The translations under genes were made by a program, and so were the position numbers. From Iphione sp. A-MEVVRFRX5 (taxonomy: Eukaryota), in assembly GCA_976226885.1 (NCBI GenBank), contig OZ320316.1, positions 82,956,001 to 83,020,000 of the forward strand: a stretch of DNA of 64,000 nt, given 5' to 3'. Shown in pieces: positions 29,101 through 40,247 of the stretch (its first letter is position 1; each line of letters opens with the position of its first letter). The notes below the pieces were generated by a model. The model ran no database searches and had not been told where the DNA came from. It saw nothing but the letters and a program-made list of their open reading frames with translations.

Positions 29101-31346
29101 CACCCTGCTGCAGCCTCCGGATGTGCCAGGATTGCAATGTTGCAATGTTCCAGGCTGGTATTGGAGGAGTTGATTTGCAAGCGAGACGAATTCGAAAAAC
29201 GGACCAGAGGAAAAGAAGGGGAGTGTATGGTTCTAGACTAGAGAGCGTTAGGTCCGCCCTTGTGTTGGTGGCAGAGCCACTTCCCATATCGCAGGAAAGC
29301 TTTGCAACTCCCTACTTTTCCGTGCCCCTCCCTCCTTAATATACAGTCCATGTGGGTTTATGAAGCGCACCTCAACCACCAGCCTCGTCCAACTGACCAG
29401 CACCGTAGTTCACACACCTCTTTCTAGTCAGGACCACCGGGCTTGGAAAGGCTCCTAATCCGCAAGGATCGAAGCTGTATATGGGCAACAGGCTTAGAAG
29501 CTATGAGGAGGACGGTGCGAGAACTGGGAAAATAACCGACCTGCATGCTACATGCTAAGATCCCCGGGTGTTAAGCGGACACTAAAGCAGCATTTAGAAA
29601 GGCGTTACACAAGGGCCCTCTCAGAGGCCGGCGACCAGAGGAGAGGCGCGCCCGCTGCGTTCTACAATGGCGCCCTCCGCGGGAGAGACGAAGCCTTATT
29701 TGCTGGAGTAGAACAATATTTAGCGAGGCCAAGCAAGTGAGCTTAATAGGTACCGATAATAAACGCCATATCGAAAGCCTTCTAGCACTGGTCAAACAGG
29801 ACGGATCCCAACATAGCCATTCTAAAGTATCGAGTATGGACAAAAATTCCTTCTAAGCTTGCCGCACTGCACAGTAAGCATATAAATCCGATTAGGCGAG
29901 AGTGACTTTCCCATCAGACCATTCTAGCACCCAAAAAATAAATCACAGTATTAAACTATTTTTTCCGAATCTTCCTAAACGTCTTACGTATAGAGGTATA
30001 AATACATTAGCCACAATGCCAACAGTGTAATCCTGACCTCCCCAGGTTGTGTGATAATATCTTAATACGGCTTTGGAAAGTGAAAAAAAAATATAATCTG
30101 ATCTCGAAACAATGTAGCTGGCACTGACTGACTGGTAAGCCCAGTATGGAAAGTAGTACAAGAAGAAAACACTTGCGAAGATCACAATCTTCCGTTGCAA
30201 AGATTTAATCATTTAATTGGTCTTGCCGATCCCGGAAGCTCCTAAATGATCGAAATCCCTGCCTTTCACTACATATGAATCACGCTGGTGAGAAATCATG
30301 ACACAGTGACAAATATTTTGGGCATTACGTTGGACCAGTTACTTTTTCAAGACAGTAATATAGGCCGAATCGTTCAAATACATACTGCAGTGTGTCGTCT
30401 CGTCACTCGTGCTATTGTGTCCTTGGCATTTGTAAGAAAAAATGTTACGTTCTGCACGGAATACAGAAAGCACATATGGGACTATATGAGGCTTGACACA
30501 TGCGCAAACCATCTGTTGGACGGAAGACTACAAGGCAGACAGTCATCACATCCATACAGCTGATGGTATCTAGAGAGAGTACACTAATGGTGCAGAAAAG
30601 CTATCAAACTCTTCCGGCAGCTCACAGCGGGCTTAGTCGGCGGCCAGTGGCTATCGCCTGAGCGAACTGTACTAGGCTGTTACTAACTGACTGGAACACA
30701 AAGCAAAATTAACCAACTATAGAGAGTAACTTGTCAATAATTAGTCTTAGTGTTAGAATAAGTTATGCATCTGTGAAAATGTGAGGAAAATCTCTTGGCT
30801 TCGATCCATATGAATACTATCCAAACATATGCATGCGGGAGACAATTGCTTTTTTGAACGCCTACTGCGAATTCAGTATGACATAATTTGTAGTATATCA
30901 TAATATCTGAATTGGAAAATGAATGACGGGATTACGTAAATCTCGAGGGGGAATTCTCCTATACGCATCGACTTTAAGCAGAAACAAGTAAAAATGTCGT
31001 GGTATTATGCTCTGGGGGGCTCAAAAAGGGTTCTAACATAAGGTTATGTAATGTAAATATAAACGAAACAATAACAAAACAAACAAATGTGAGTGAAGAC
31101 AAATATGACACTCATTCTAACATGACTGCTACGTAGTGAAAACTAAAGGGTATTATACTATCATTATGAGATAAAAAAAAACTGTAAAATTACAATATAA
31201 CAGGAACATATAGACGGCCATGCCACACTGCATTGATGAACTTTCGTGTTAATGACAACAACTTAACATAATCCTAAGCGAAAGGAATTTGTGCTGGTTT
31301 TGGAAAATACTTTTAATAAGACACGTAATCAGAGAATGACGCTTAC

Positions 31347-31441
31347 CTCCGAATTGTGGTCGGAGTCGGATATCATAGCCTTCCAGTAAATCCTCTATGG
31401 TTCTGGACACGTTTTGTAATCCATCGGGTGTGTCCTGGGCC
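31347..31441 (-). CDS. LCCH3: GABA-A receptor beta-type (LCCH3-like) subunit, coding exon 2
   Basis: Acceptor gtgtttctctttcag|, donor |gtaagc. The 95 nt encode (R)AQDTPDGLQNVSRTIEDLLEGYDIRLRPQFG(G). LLxGYDIRLRPxFGG is the hallmark N-terminus of GABA-A beta/LCCH3 subunits. Confidence 0.93.
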
Positions 31442-31745
31442 CTGAAAGAGAAACACATCTCTCTTGTAGGCAAGCACTTAACATGTGGTTGCGGGGCCAT
31501 CAGCAGCTGGAGGGAGATGGCCAGGAGAAGGTACGGGCTGACATGCCCAGCGAAAGCCTCCCCGGGTAACATCGGTGGTAGCGACCGGCTTGGCCGAGCA
31601 AACCGCTCGGGCCAGATCGACCAGCACAACCGCCAACACGCCCGGCAAGGCGGCCAAAACCTCCAGCCTTCTGAAGGCCCCCGACCGGACTCACAGTGTC
31701 TCACAACTGAGCGAGTGGATGGCGGTAGTCAATATATCTGCTCAC

Positions 31746-31801
31746 CTGCCTATATCAAGTGTTATGATCATCAACATGAGAAATCCTGCTATCGTTGACA
31801 T
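31746..31801 (-). CDS. LCCH3: GABA-A receptor beta-type (LCCH3-like) subunit, coding exon 1 (signal peptide)
   Basis: ATG at 31801-31799 has an in-frame TAA upstream. It encodes MSTIAGFLMLMIITLDIG(R), a hydrophobic signal peptide, and ends at a phase-2 donor AG|GTGAGC. The phase matches the next exon (AG|G = Arg). Confidence 0.8.
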
Positions 31802-32950
31802 GTCATAATCCGTGGCCGCTAAATGGAAGAGTGAGTCTACAAGCACAGTCCACTCTTAGCAAAATTCTGGAGGGCAAGTACATTGCATGCCCCTGCTGGC
31901 GCCTGCGCACTGCGTCCTGTTCGACGTCAGCATATGTAGCAATGGCTAATGCTCCTTGCCAGAGGAACCGATTGCATTGTACACATGTAGCGCGCAGGGG
32001 CAGGAGCTCACCCTAGTAAGAGGATAACAGAAGGGTAACTGCCGTTAGGTGTTGTGGCTAGCTCATGCCTCGATGTCCAAACTGACGTTGTTGGAATGCG
32101 GTAGGTTCAAAAGGCTCTCCGGCAGACAGGTTGGGATGCAGCCCCACTGTAATCGTGAACTAGTGTTTGTTCAAACCGAGGTGGGTCTCTCTGATCGAGC
32201 GGGCTAGGCGATCAGGCTCCGAGGTGGTGGTGGCTCCAGTGATGGGAGAGTGAGCGGCAGCAACGGCAGTCGTTGCACTCGAGCTCGATCCAATGTCACC
32301 CGCTGTGGAGAAGTGGTTGAATCGCGCGAGCTAGTGTCAGCAGTGTCGGCCGTGTTGGAAACTATGCAGTGGCACTGAATCAGCCACTCATGGCGCACTG
32401 AGGCGCTGTTTCCTGGGTAGCCATGCAAGCGCTCCGCAGGCTCTCGCCAAGCAGCTAGCAGCAGCTGTTACAGCGACAGCACCAGTGGTAGCATTGCGAT
32501 GGGAAGCCTACTGTGGCAGGGGAAGAGCATCGGCTGCAGTAGCAGAAGGCGCTGTGCTCAATGGTAGCAGTATTATGAGCAGTAGCAGTAGGAAAAGCAA
32601 GGGCCTAATGCAGAACGTTATAACTGCAGAGGAAGTGTCGTGCGACACGTATCGATCTCTCTCTCAACTTCAACACGCGAACAGAAATCCCCTGGTCTCC
32701 AGACCGGTCGAGCAAGCCGTAGCTCAAAACGCTCTGCTCCCAAACGGTCCGTATGTATTATATGGCTATTCTCTACCTACAGGCCCGCCTCACCGGAGCA
32801 GGAGAGGAGGGCCTATTTCACGGAGCAGCTGTCTACGCCGGAGGAGTCTCTGTTGCTGTGGCACTGGCTTCCGCGTGGGCAGACTGTACTGGAGATCGAA
32901 AGTGGCGTCTTTGCCTCTCTAACCGGCAGCCTGTAGCCTCGGTAGCCTGG
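31802..32950 (-). promoter_or_regulatory. GC/CpG-rich putative promoter/5' UTR of the beta-type subunit gene
   Basis: GC-rich block directly upstream of the ATG. It contains an NRF-1/EWG-type motif GCGCCTGCGCA (31899-31909) and a CRE-like CGACGTCA (31922-31929). The TSS cannot be placed. Confidence 0.35.
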
Positions 32951-33704
32951 TCCCTTCGCTGCTCCCTGTCGGCACACCGTACTTGGGCGCCACCAAGGAG
33001 AAATAACATTAACTATATTGCACCCAGTCTAAGCCTTGATGAATTACCAGCTTTCGCTCTTCACGATAGCCACGCACGACTAATTTCATAATCCATATGA
33101 ATCAATGTAAAATTCATTGGCTTCGCATCAGTTATTTTTTGAAAAATACGTTGAGACGCATTAAAGTAATTTTCAGCAGAAGAATGTGCTCATCAAGATC
33201 CATCAGGGTTTTAAGTGCTTTCCACCTGCCTTCCATCTGTTCATTTAAACCAATTTCAGCGTTCTTCAGACTCAATTAAAATGATATTTGTCACGCTGTC
33301 CTTGATTTGTAACCTGCTGTCCGTTGTTCAATAACACACAATCACGGCTGGTTACATCCGGTAATGCCAATACATTCACAGAACTGCCCCATTTGTTTGG
33401 CTTCTTGGGACTAAAGCGTAGTGAAATTCATGCGATTCGCACGGGGTATCAGAAATAGGGAAACCACAAATGCGCTTAAACTGTTTCCAGTTATGTTTTT
33501 GGAGTTCTGTTCATTTGCATTAATTCTACCTCGTGCGTCGAGGAAGCGGTAGGTTCTCTGCAGAGACGAATGGCAAATGTAATATGATAACACCAATAAA
33601 ATGCCTAAGAAATTCTCCGGTCCAACAAGCTGCTTACAGAAGAGCACCGAGCTACGTCACATCCCTGTGCAGTGAAGTGAAACCATTGAAAACAACCACC
33701 TGGG

Positions 33705-34590
33705 ACATAGAGTGAGAGTGAGAGGGAGAGGGCGAGGGAGAGAGAGAGAGGGAGAAGGAGAGGTAGTGAGTGAGAGGGAGTTAGTGAGAGTGAGTGAGGA
33801 AGAGGATGTATGAGGGAGAGCATGAGTGAAAGCGTTAGTGTGAGTGACAATTCTCACTCTCTCATGCTGACACCCTTGCTCTCTATCTCTTCCTCCCGAT
33901 CTCTCCTCCTTGATCTTACTCTCTCACTTTATATGTGTAAAGTAGAATTGAAGTATGGTTATCCATCCTTCCATTGCATTTCATAAATTATTTTTGTATA
34001 GAGGGAACCTGGACCATACATACAGAATGCATTTTCATCCCAGGAGAAAATAACGTATTAAAAAAATCTCTCAGTGTGAGAATGAGTGAGAGTGTGAGTG
34101 ACAGTGAGAGTGTGAGTGACAATATTCACTCTAACTTGCTCTTGCTGACTCTCTCCTCCAGCATGAAGGAAGCGGCTGGACTGACGGAGCTGGGGTTTTG
34201 AGCCCTCTCACACACATTCTCACTCAAGCAGGGTAAAAGGGGGATCACCAACTGAGCTTCGTCAGCTGGGTGCCATCCCCCCTCCCCCACCAAAATGGAG
34301 AGAGAAAGTGAGAAAGGGAGAGAAAGAGAGAGCAAGAGAGAGGGAGGGAGAGATAGAGAAAACAACAAAACACAAGCTTGATCAGTGTGGCTGCTTCCTT
34401 CATGCTGGAGGAGAGAGTCAGCAAGAGTGACTGAGAGTGAGTACCAGTCACTCCCTCACATTCTCGTTATTATTTACACTCTCACTCACACTCACTCTCA
34501 CACAGTCAGAAAGAGAGTGAGAAAGAGGGGTAGAGAGAGAAGGAGGGGAAAGAAGGAGAGGGAGGTAGAAAGAGAGTGAGGGAGGGAGAG
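33705..34590. repeat. GA/CT-rich low-complexity region containing a foldback (inverted-repeat) element
   Basis: GA-rich tracts. A perfect 35-nt inverted pair lies at 34139-34173 and 34393-34427 inside looser arms spanning ~34070-34506. Confidence 0.8.
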
Positions 34591-34860
34591 AAACAGAGAA
34601 GCAATGCACATGTGGGTAGGGCCACTTGACAGCTTTGTTTTCAGTGGTTCCGCCTGAGTGCCCATCAAGTGGCTGGCTATCTATGTTATTCCATATGGTA
34701 GATAATGTATGAAGACGGTCCATTACTTGTCATAATGTTCGAGGTATAAACTACATAAGAGAAACCGAAATGGACTGTCAAATGAAATGATCTAATTCAA
34801 ACTACTGCCTAACACAACTGAACGATTAGTCAATCCACGGGCCTAGTTAAAAAGGTTTGT

Positions 34861-34882
34861 AGAGAGAGAGAGAGAGAGAGAG
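34861..34882. repeat. (AG)n microsatellite
   Basis: Direct read of the sequence. Confidence 0.9.
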
Positions 34883-35008
34883 GGAGAAAGTGACGAGCTT
34901 GTCTAATAAGAATTTATACTTGAAGCAACATGGTTCCAGATAAAAAAAAGGAAGAGAAAGGGGTTGGGTTTCTTCCCCCACTTTAATGAAAGATAAAAAA
35001 AAGAATAT

Positions 35009-35210
35009 TTCTGGAATCTTTGCTAAAGATGCATTTAATTTACGAAAATATGGCAAATAATTGCAGAGGTAATACTAAAGATATGTTTAATTAATGAAAA
35101 GTGGTAAATAATACTGGAGGTTTGGCTAAAGATGCATTGAATTTATGGAAAAGTGGCAAGTATTTTTGGATGTAATGGTAAAGATGCCATTATTTTATGA
35201 AAAACGGAAA
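35009..35210. repeat. Degenerate ~52-bp minisatellite, 4 units
   Basis: Core TAAAGAT at 35024, 35076, 35127 and 35179 (spacings 52, 51, 52). Confidence 0.8.
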
Positions 35211-35287
35211 GAAAGGGAGATATGAGTGGTTTCAACCTATTTTAATTTCTGCAACTCTTCTCTCACTCTTCCTATGAAATGTGGACT

Positions 35288-35350
35288 CTATGGCACAGTG
35301 GACAGGAGAGCCAGCTCATGCTGAGGACCTGGGTTTGAACCCTCCTCCTG
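35288..35350 (+). mobile_element. tRNA-derived SINE-like head (Pol III A and B boxes)
   Basis: A-box-like TGGCACAGTGG (~35291) and B-box-like GGGTTTGAACC (~35330) at tRNA-like spacing. No complete cloverleaf, so this is not called a tRNA. Confidence 0.5.
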
Positions 35351-35699
35351 CCTTGAGCAGATTTTGTTAGAGGTATTGCACACAAGAAAAGGCTCACGAA
35401 GCAAATCACATTTAGTCAGCGGACGAGCTATAATGTGCCAGCCCTCAGTACAATAACATACAATAATGTCCTCGGGGGGATGGCCGGAACAAAGAGACAA
35501 GAGGGTAGCAGGGGTAGTTTAAATACGTTAACAGTCATTGCGTGGTCAAATAACGATGTCCTTTGCAACAAATCGAACTTAAATATACCCCAATTTTGCA
35601 CGAAAAAAGACAGACAATATGCCCTGAGGACAAAGAACAAAAATTAAAGGGTATTTTTACGACTTAATCAATGCTAATAACAAAAACGCCAAAAACAAA

Positions 35700-36060
35700 A
35701 GCGCCATATTATTTTTACCTCAGGAATTATGATGGTCAAAAAACATCACACTTCACATGGTTGAGTTCACATAGAAGTTCACCGATACAGAAGAGAACGG
35801 GACATTGTAAATAACCTTAGAACTCAAATGGATACACTATTTAAGTGAGATTTGAATACAGTAAAATAACACAGACGACTGAGCCGCTAGTGAAGTATCT
35901 CTTAGAAATTTGCCTTGTCATAAAATACTCTAGGACTGGGTGATAATCATGACCTTGGGTACATCAAGTCCAGAAAGGTATACCTTGTTGATAAGATGGA
36001 TGCTGAAGCCAAGGAATCTATGAAACGTCGTGAACCCCGCAACACAGTAGGATGCTTTTT
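35700..36060 (+). pseudogene. Possible ORF1 relic of the adjacent LINE
   Basis: Stop-interrupted frame IEVHRYRRERDIVNNLRTQMDTLFK*DL...GYIKSRKVYLVDK loosely resembles the L1-type ORF1 C-terminus carried by CR1/L2-group elements. It lies directly upstream of ORF2. Confidence 0.35.
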
Positions 36061-36281
36061 CCCCAGTGAACATCACAACAGCATACTGGATTTGAACTAT
36101 TAATGGTTATAAGTGCAGTTGATTTTGGTTGCCGTGTAGCGTAGTATTAATTATTATTGGTTGTGCTACTCCCTAGCCTCCCTTACTTATTCATTTTCAT
36201 TATCATATTTTTCATGAATTCTGGTTTATTTTTAAGAAGTGGAAACAAGGAAGTAAATGCACAGATCAACATTTCTAATAA

Positions 36282-39107
36282 ATGAATTTGAAGATAATGT
36301 ATCTGAATGTCCATAGTCTAAGAAATAAACTGGATTTAGTTGCAGATTATGTTAGCCGTAATCAAGTTGATATCTGTATACTAGCAGAGATGTTGTTGCC
36401 GGAACTACCAGACACACTGTTTGAGATCCCTGGTAATTACATTGTAAGACAAGATAGGAAAAATGACAGAAGAAAATGGGGTGGGGGACTCTTGATATAT
36501 TATAAGTCGGTGCTAACAAAGGATATATCAGTGCTCGAGGACTACAAGTCCAATACAAATTATATCGAGTATGTCTGGTTCTCTGTGCAACAACAACAAT
36601 GCAAAAAAGTTATCATATGTGCCATGTACCGCCCCGCAGATGGTAATTTTGAGCAAGTGACTTGGATAATAAAATCAATAAATTGTATGTAAATGGTCCA
36701 AAACAAGTGCTGGTAGGAGACTTCAATGTGAATTGCTTGAATAAACAGTCACTGTCTTACAAATTACTCAATGATCTTATGGAGAAGCATTCGCTGTATC
36801 AAGTCATAACGACTCCTACCAGGGTAACTAGCCGAGGTTCAACTTTGCTTGATATTGTGATGACAAATATAGATGCCTGTTTTCTTACAACCACGAATTG
36901 TCTGTGTAACTCTAGTGATCTTAATGCACTGTTATGTAAGGTAAAAGGGATTAGAAGAAACTCAGTATGAGAATTTGTATACGCTCGTAGTTTATGTAAA
37001 TTCAATGAAGAGGATTATATTTGTAAGATGTCCCAATATTTGGATCTAATCAGTGACGAGAATGTAACAGTCCAAAGGAAGTGGACGAAAATACAAGCCA
37101 TGCTGATACAGTAATATGATACGTCATATATATACCTTATATATAATACCTCAATCCCTAAAAAAGACAGTATATTAAATACCTGACAAATGTATCGTTT
37201 GACAATGAGATAAGATGACTGATACAAGTAAAGAAAAATGCTTACAAAAAGGCATTAAGCTCAAAGAAAGTCGAGGATTGGCTTGTATTGTATTGTATTG
37301 AGTCCTACGAAAGAGAATAATTTACAAAATCAGGGACCTGAACGGGTCATATGTTGTACATAATTAAAGTCAACTCACTCCAGAATGACCCGAATAAATA
37401 CTGGAGATTTGTAAAGAATTCTCTCAGTTATGGAAGAAGTAGGGAAACACCTGTCACATAAATGATCAATGATGAGGTATTAGAAGATCAAAAGGTACCA
37501 AATGTCCTTAATAAATTCTTTATCAACATAGGGTTATTGATTCTACATGAACTTGGTCCAGTAGAAAAAAAAACAACCAGGGGGCTCAGCTGATATTTCT
37601 GATATGGATGAGTTACATGATTTAATAACTAATGCAAAGGAGGTGCTTCAGTTGATAAAGAGTTTTTTTTATCAAAAACCAGCAGCTATAGGTGATGTCC
37701 CCCAGAAGACCCTGAAACAATTATTATTTCTTAAAAACCCTCATGTGCTGAACATTTTGAATGAAAGTTTTGCTACAGGTGGTAAACCGGAGGAGTGGAA
37801 ATCCAGTAATGTTGTCCCCTTGCTGAAAAAGAAAGGAGCATGTAGCCCTGGAGACTATAGACTAATAAATTTATTGAACATCGTTTCAGAAATTCAGGAA
37901 AGAATTGTGTACAATAAAATCATTGCTCACCTGGAAAAATATAGTTTTTTAAGTGCACATCAATTCGGGTTCTGACGCACTTCTGTGGCACTGATATGTT
38001 CAGCAGAAGATATAAATACAGTTCAAACCAAACCCCACTGAGCTAGTGATCTCATAATTGACAAATGTAATTCACAGAGCATTGAATAAGAGACCTATTG
38101 TTCTGGGGGCTTTTATAGACCTGCAAAAGGCATTTGATTCTGTTAATCACACCGCTCTATTGAGTTTTTTTAAAGAAATTTAAATGTTTCAGCAAACAAT
38201 ATGACATGGGTGTATAACTACTTAATGGGCAGGATTCAAAGAGTAAGATGTAATCGGTTTTGATCTGATGCTGGCTCGGTGGAGTGTGGCATTCTTTGCC
38301 TGCTCTTTTTCTTAATTTTTATAAATTCCCTACCGAGTTGTATCAAATACTGTGACATATTCATGTATGTCGATGATGTGGCACTGATATGTTCAGAAGA
38401 TATGAATACAGTTCAAACCAAACGAAACAGTGACATGGCCAACATAACAGCATGGACAAAGGAGCATAAGATATTGATTAATGCTATGAAACCACAGTGT
38501 ATTCAGTTTAGGTACCGTCGCCCGAGAGAGCACTTAAGTGATCATGTAAACCTTGGTAATGTTTCTGAAAAGGTAGTGACAAAGTTTACTTATCTAGGTG
38601 TGGTTTTAGATCAACCCCTGTCCATGTATGCGCAGCAAGATAATATTGGCAGGCATCTATATTCCAAGTTCATTCATTACAGGCATATACAAAAGTATCT
38701 AAACCGGGAACTTGTGGTTATGATTGCAAGAACAATGGTGTTGAGTGTAAGTGAATATGCAATGTGTGTCAATTCAAACAAACGGTAGGGGCATCAAAAA
38801 GATTGTCAGCCAAGGAAGCGAATATTAAACTGTGCAAATGGGTACATATGTCACAACAGAAATAGCTAAGGAGGAGTTTCCAACAAAAAGAAATGCAAGG
38901 TTATACATGCTTGCTTATGGCAAGGCGAGAGTAAATACGAAAATACAGCAGGTGCCGCGAAGAACAGCCAAAAAGGTTATTGTGCTACCTAAACCATGGA
39001 GGGAAGCGTATAAGAAGTCCACTGAGTATATGTATGACACCTTATGGCAAAAATTAGACAATGTGATTATGTATTTAAATCCAAAGGAATTTAAGCTGCA
39101 TGTATAG
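36282..39107 (+). mobile_element. Non-LTR retrotransposon ORF2 (APE endonuclease + RT), CR1/L2 group, decayed
   Basis: Endonuclease motifs YLNVHSLRNK, QDR...GGGLLIYYK, YRP, GDFN and TPTRVT...LLDIVMTN. RT motifs DYRLINLL, HQFGF, DLQKAFDSVNH, FLIFINSL, YVDD and FTYLGVVLD. C-terminal LPKP...YKKS...LWQKL. Multiple stops and frameshifts. Confidence 0.93.
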
Positions 39108-39569
39108 AAAATGAAGAAAGGCAATCCAACTAACTATACGGTACCATGATGTGGAAATACATTAAATACATGTTACACAAAACCACACGACTACGGACAA
39201 AAAGAGAAGTAAGAAAAGAAATGTTACTACAAACCTGTCAAAGGGACTCATTCAATATCAAGATGATGCCGGATAACAGTCAGCCTGGAATTATGGGGTG
39301 ACACCTCGCCATTAGATCTTGGGAGAGAACATAAGGACAAACTTACCTTAAGGTTCTCCATTAATCGGTTAATGAGTTTATACATAGCCTCGTTAAATTC
39401 ACTAGGTGGTCTACGCATAAATTATCGTGGTTTAAATAGTTTTGTACCGAACAAGGGTCACTCGATAAAGTAGCTGTATGTTGTTTGGGAAGTCAGTCCC
39501 GTTTGACCTGGACTTCGACTGCTTGGAATTACCGTTGAAAAGGATGACAAGAAGCACTTTTCGCGGATA

Positions 39570-40247
39570 TAACAAACAATAAATTTACCTGGGTTCCTCT
39601 AGCACAGTCCATAACAAATAGGGTAAAACGTGCCAGGTCTGTGTCAAAAGTTGCTCACCTGTTCTTATTTAAAGCCAGAGCTATTGTTTTCAAGGCATTT
39701 ATGATGCCTCTGTTTGATTATGGAATTCGTTTCTTGATTCATGAAAGTGCAAAACTACTTCAAGGTAGCTTTTCCATGTACGTTTTGTGAAAAACAAAAC
39801 ATTACTTTCTCTATGTAAATTTTTGGATTGGGGCATGAAATTGTAATGTTGAAGAAATCCAAGAAGGTTGGTAGCATATGTTGTACGCTAGAATATTAAT
39901 CGAACAATCTAATCAGATTTAGCAATTCGTATTTTTTGTTAACTTGGCCCTATGTGAGTTATGACAATTTTCTATCTACATGTATATAATATATGCAATA
40001 GGCAGTATAACCACTGTCTGCCTTTTACATGTAGACTATTTTTTTGCATCATAGTTACCCTCTTCTTGATATATTAATTGTAACATTTCTTCTTATTGAT
40101 CATCATTTCTTCTTGTTCCACATGCTCTTTTATACACTATTTCATATTGTTTACATTTTCATTATTTTTATATTGTTCACTGGAAGAACTCTTAATGTAA
40201 CACCTTGAAGAAGTGAATAAACTACCTACTTACTTACTTACTTACTT
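39570..40247 (+). mobile_element. 5'-truncated LINE 3' fragment with a (TACT)n tail
   Basis: Frame QSITNRVKRARSVSKVAHLFLFKARAIVFKAFMMPLFDYG resembles the post-RT region of LINE ORF2. An AT-rich UTR ends in AATAAA (40216) plus CTACC(TACT)n to 40247. Confidence 0.45.

Noticed and set aside
31249-31704. 151-aa ORF suggesting a single long first exon with signal MLPGEAF...LLLAISLQLL reading through into the GABA motif
   Set aside because: A strong acceptor at 31442 and a better exon 1 (31746-31801, matching phase-2 GTGAG donor, upstream in-frame stop) explain the gene. The rest is intron read-through.
33605-34723. Several Leu/Ser- or Arg/Glu-rich ORFs
   Set aside because: They are translations of GA/CT low-complexity DNA.
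37281-37298. (TTGTA)3 that looked like the tail of an element inserted into the LINE
   Set aside because: The flanking sequence continues the LINE ORF2 linker (…RKRIIYKIRDLK…NDPNKYWRF), so it is only a micro-duplication.
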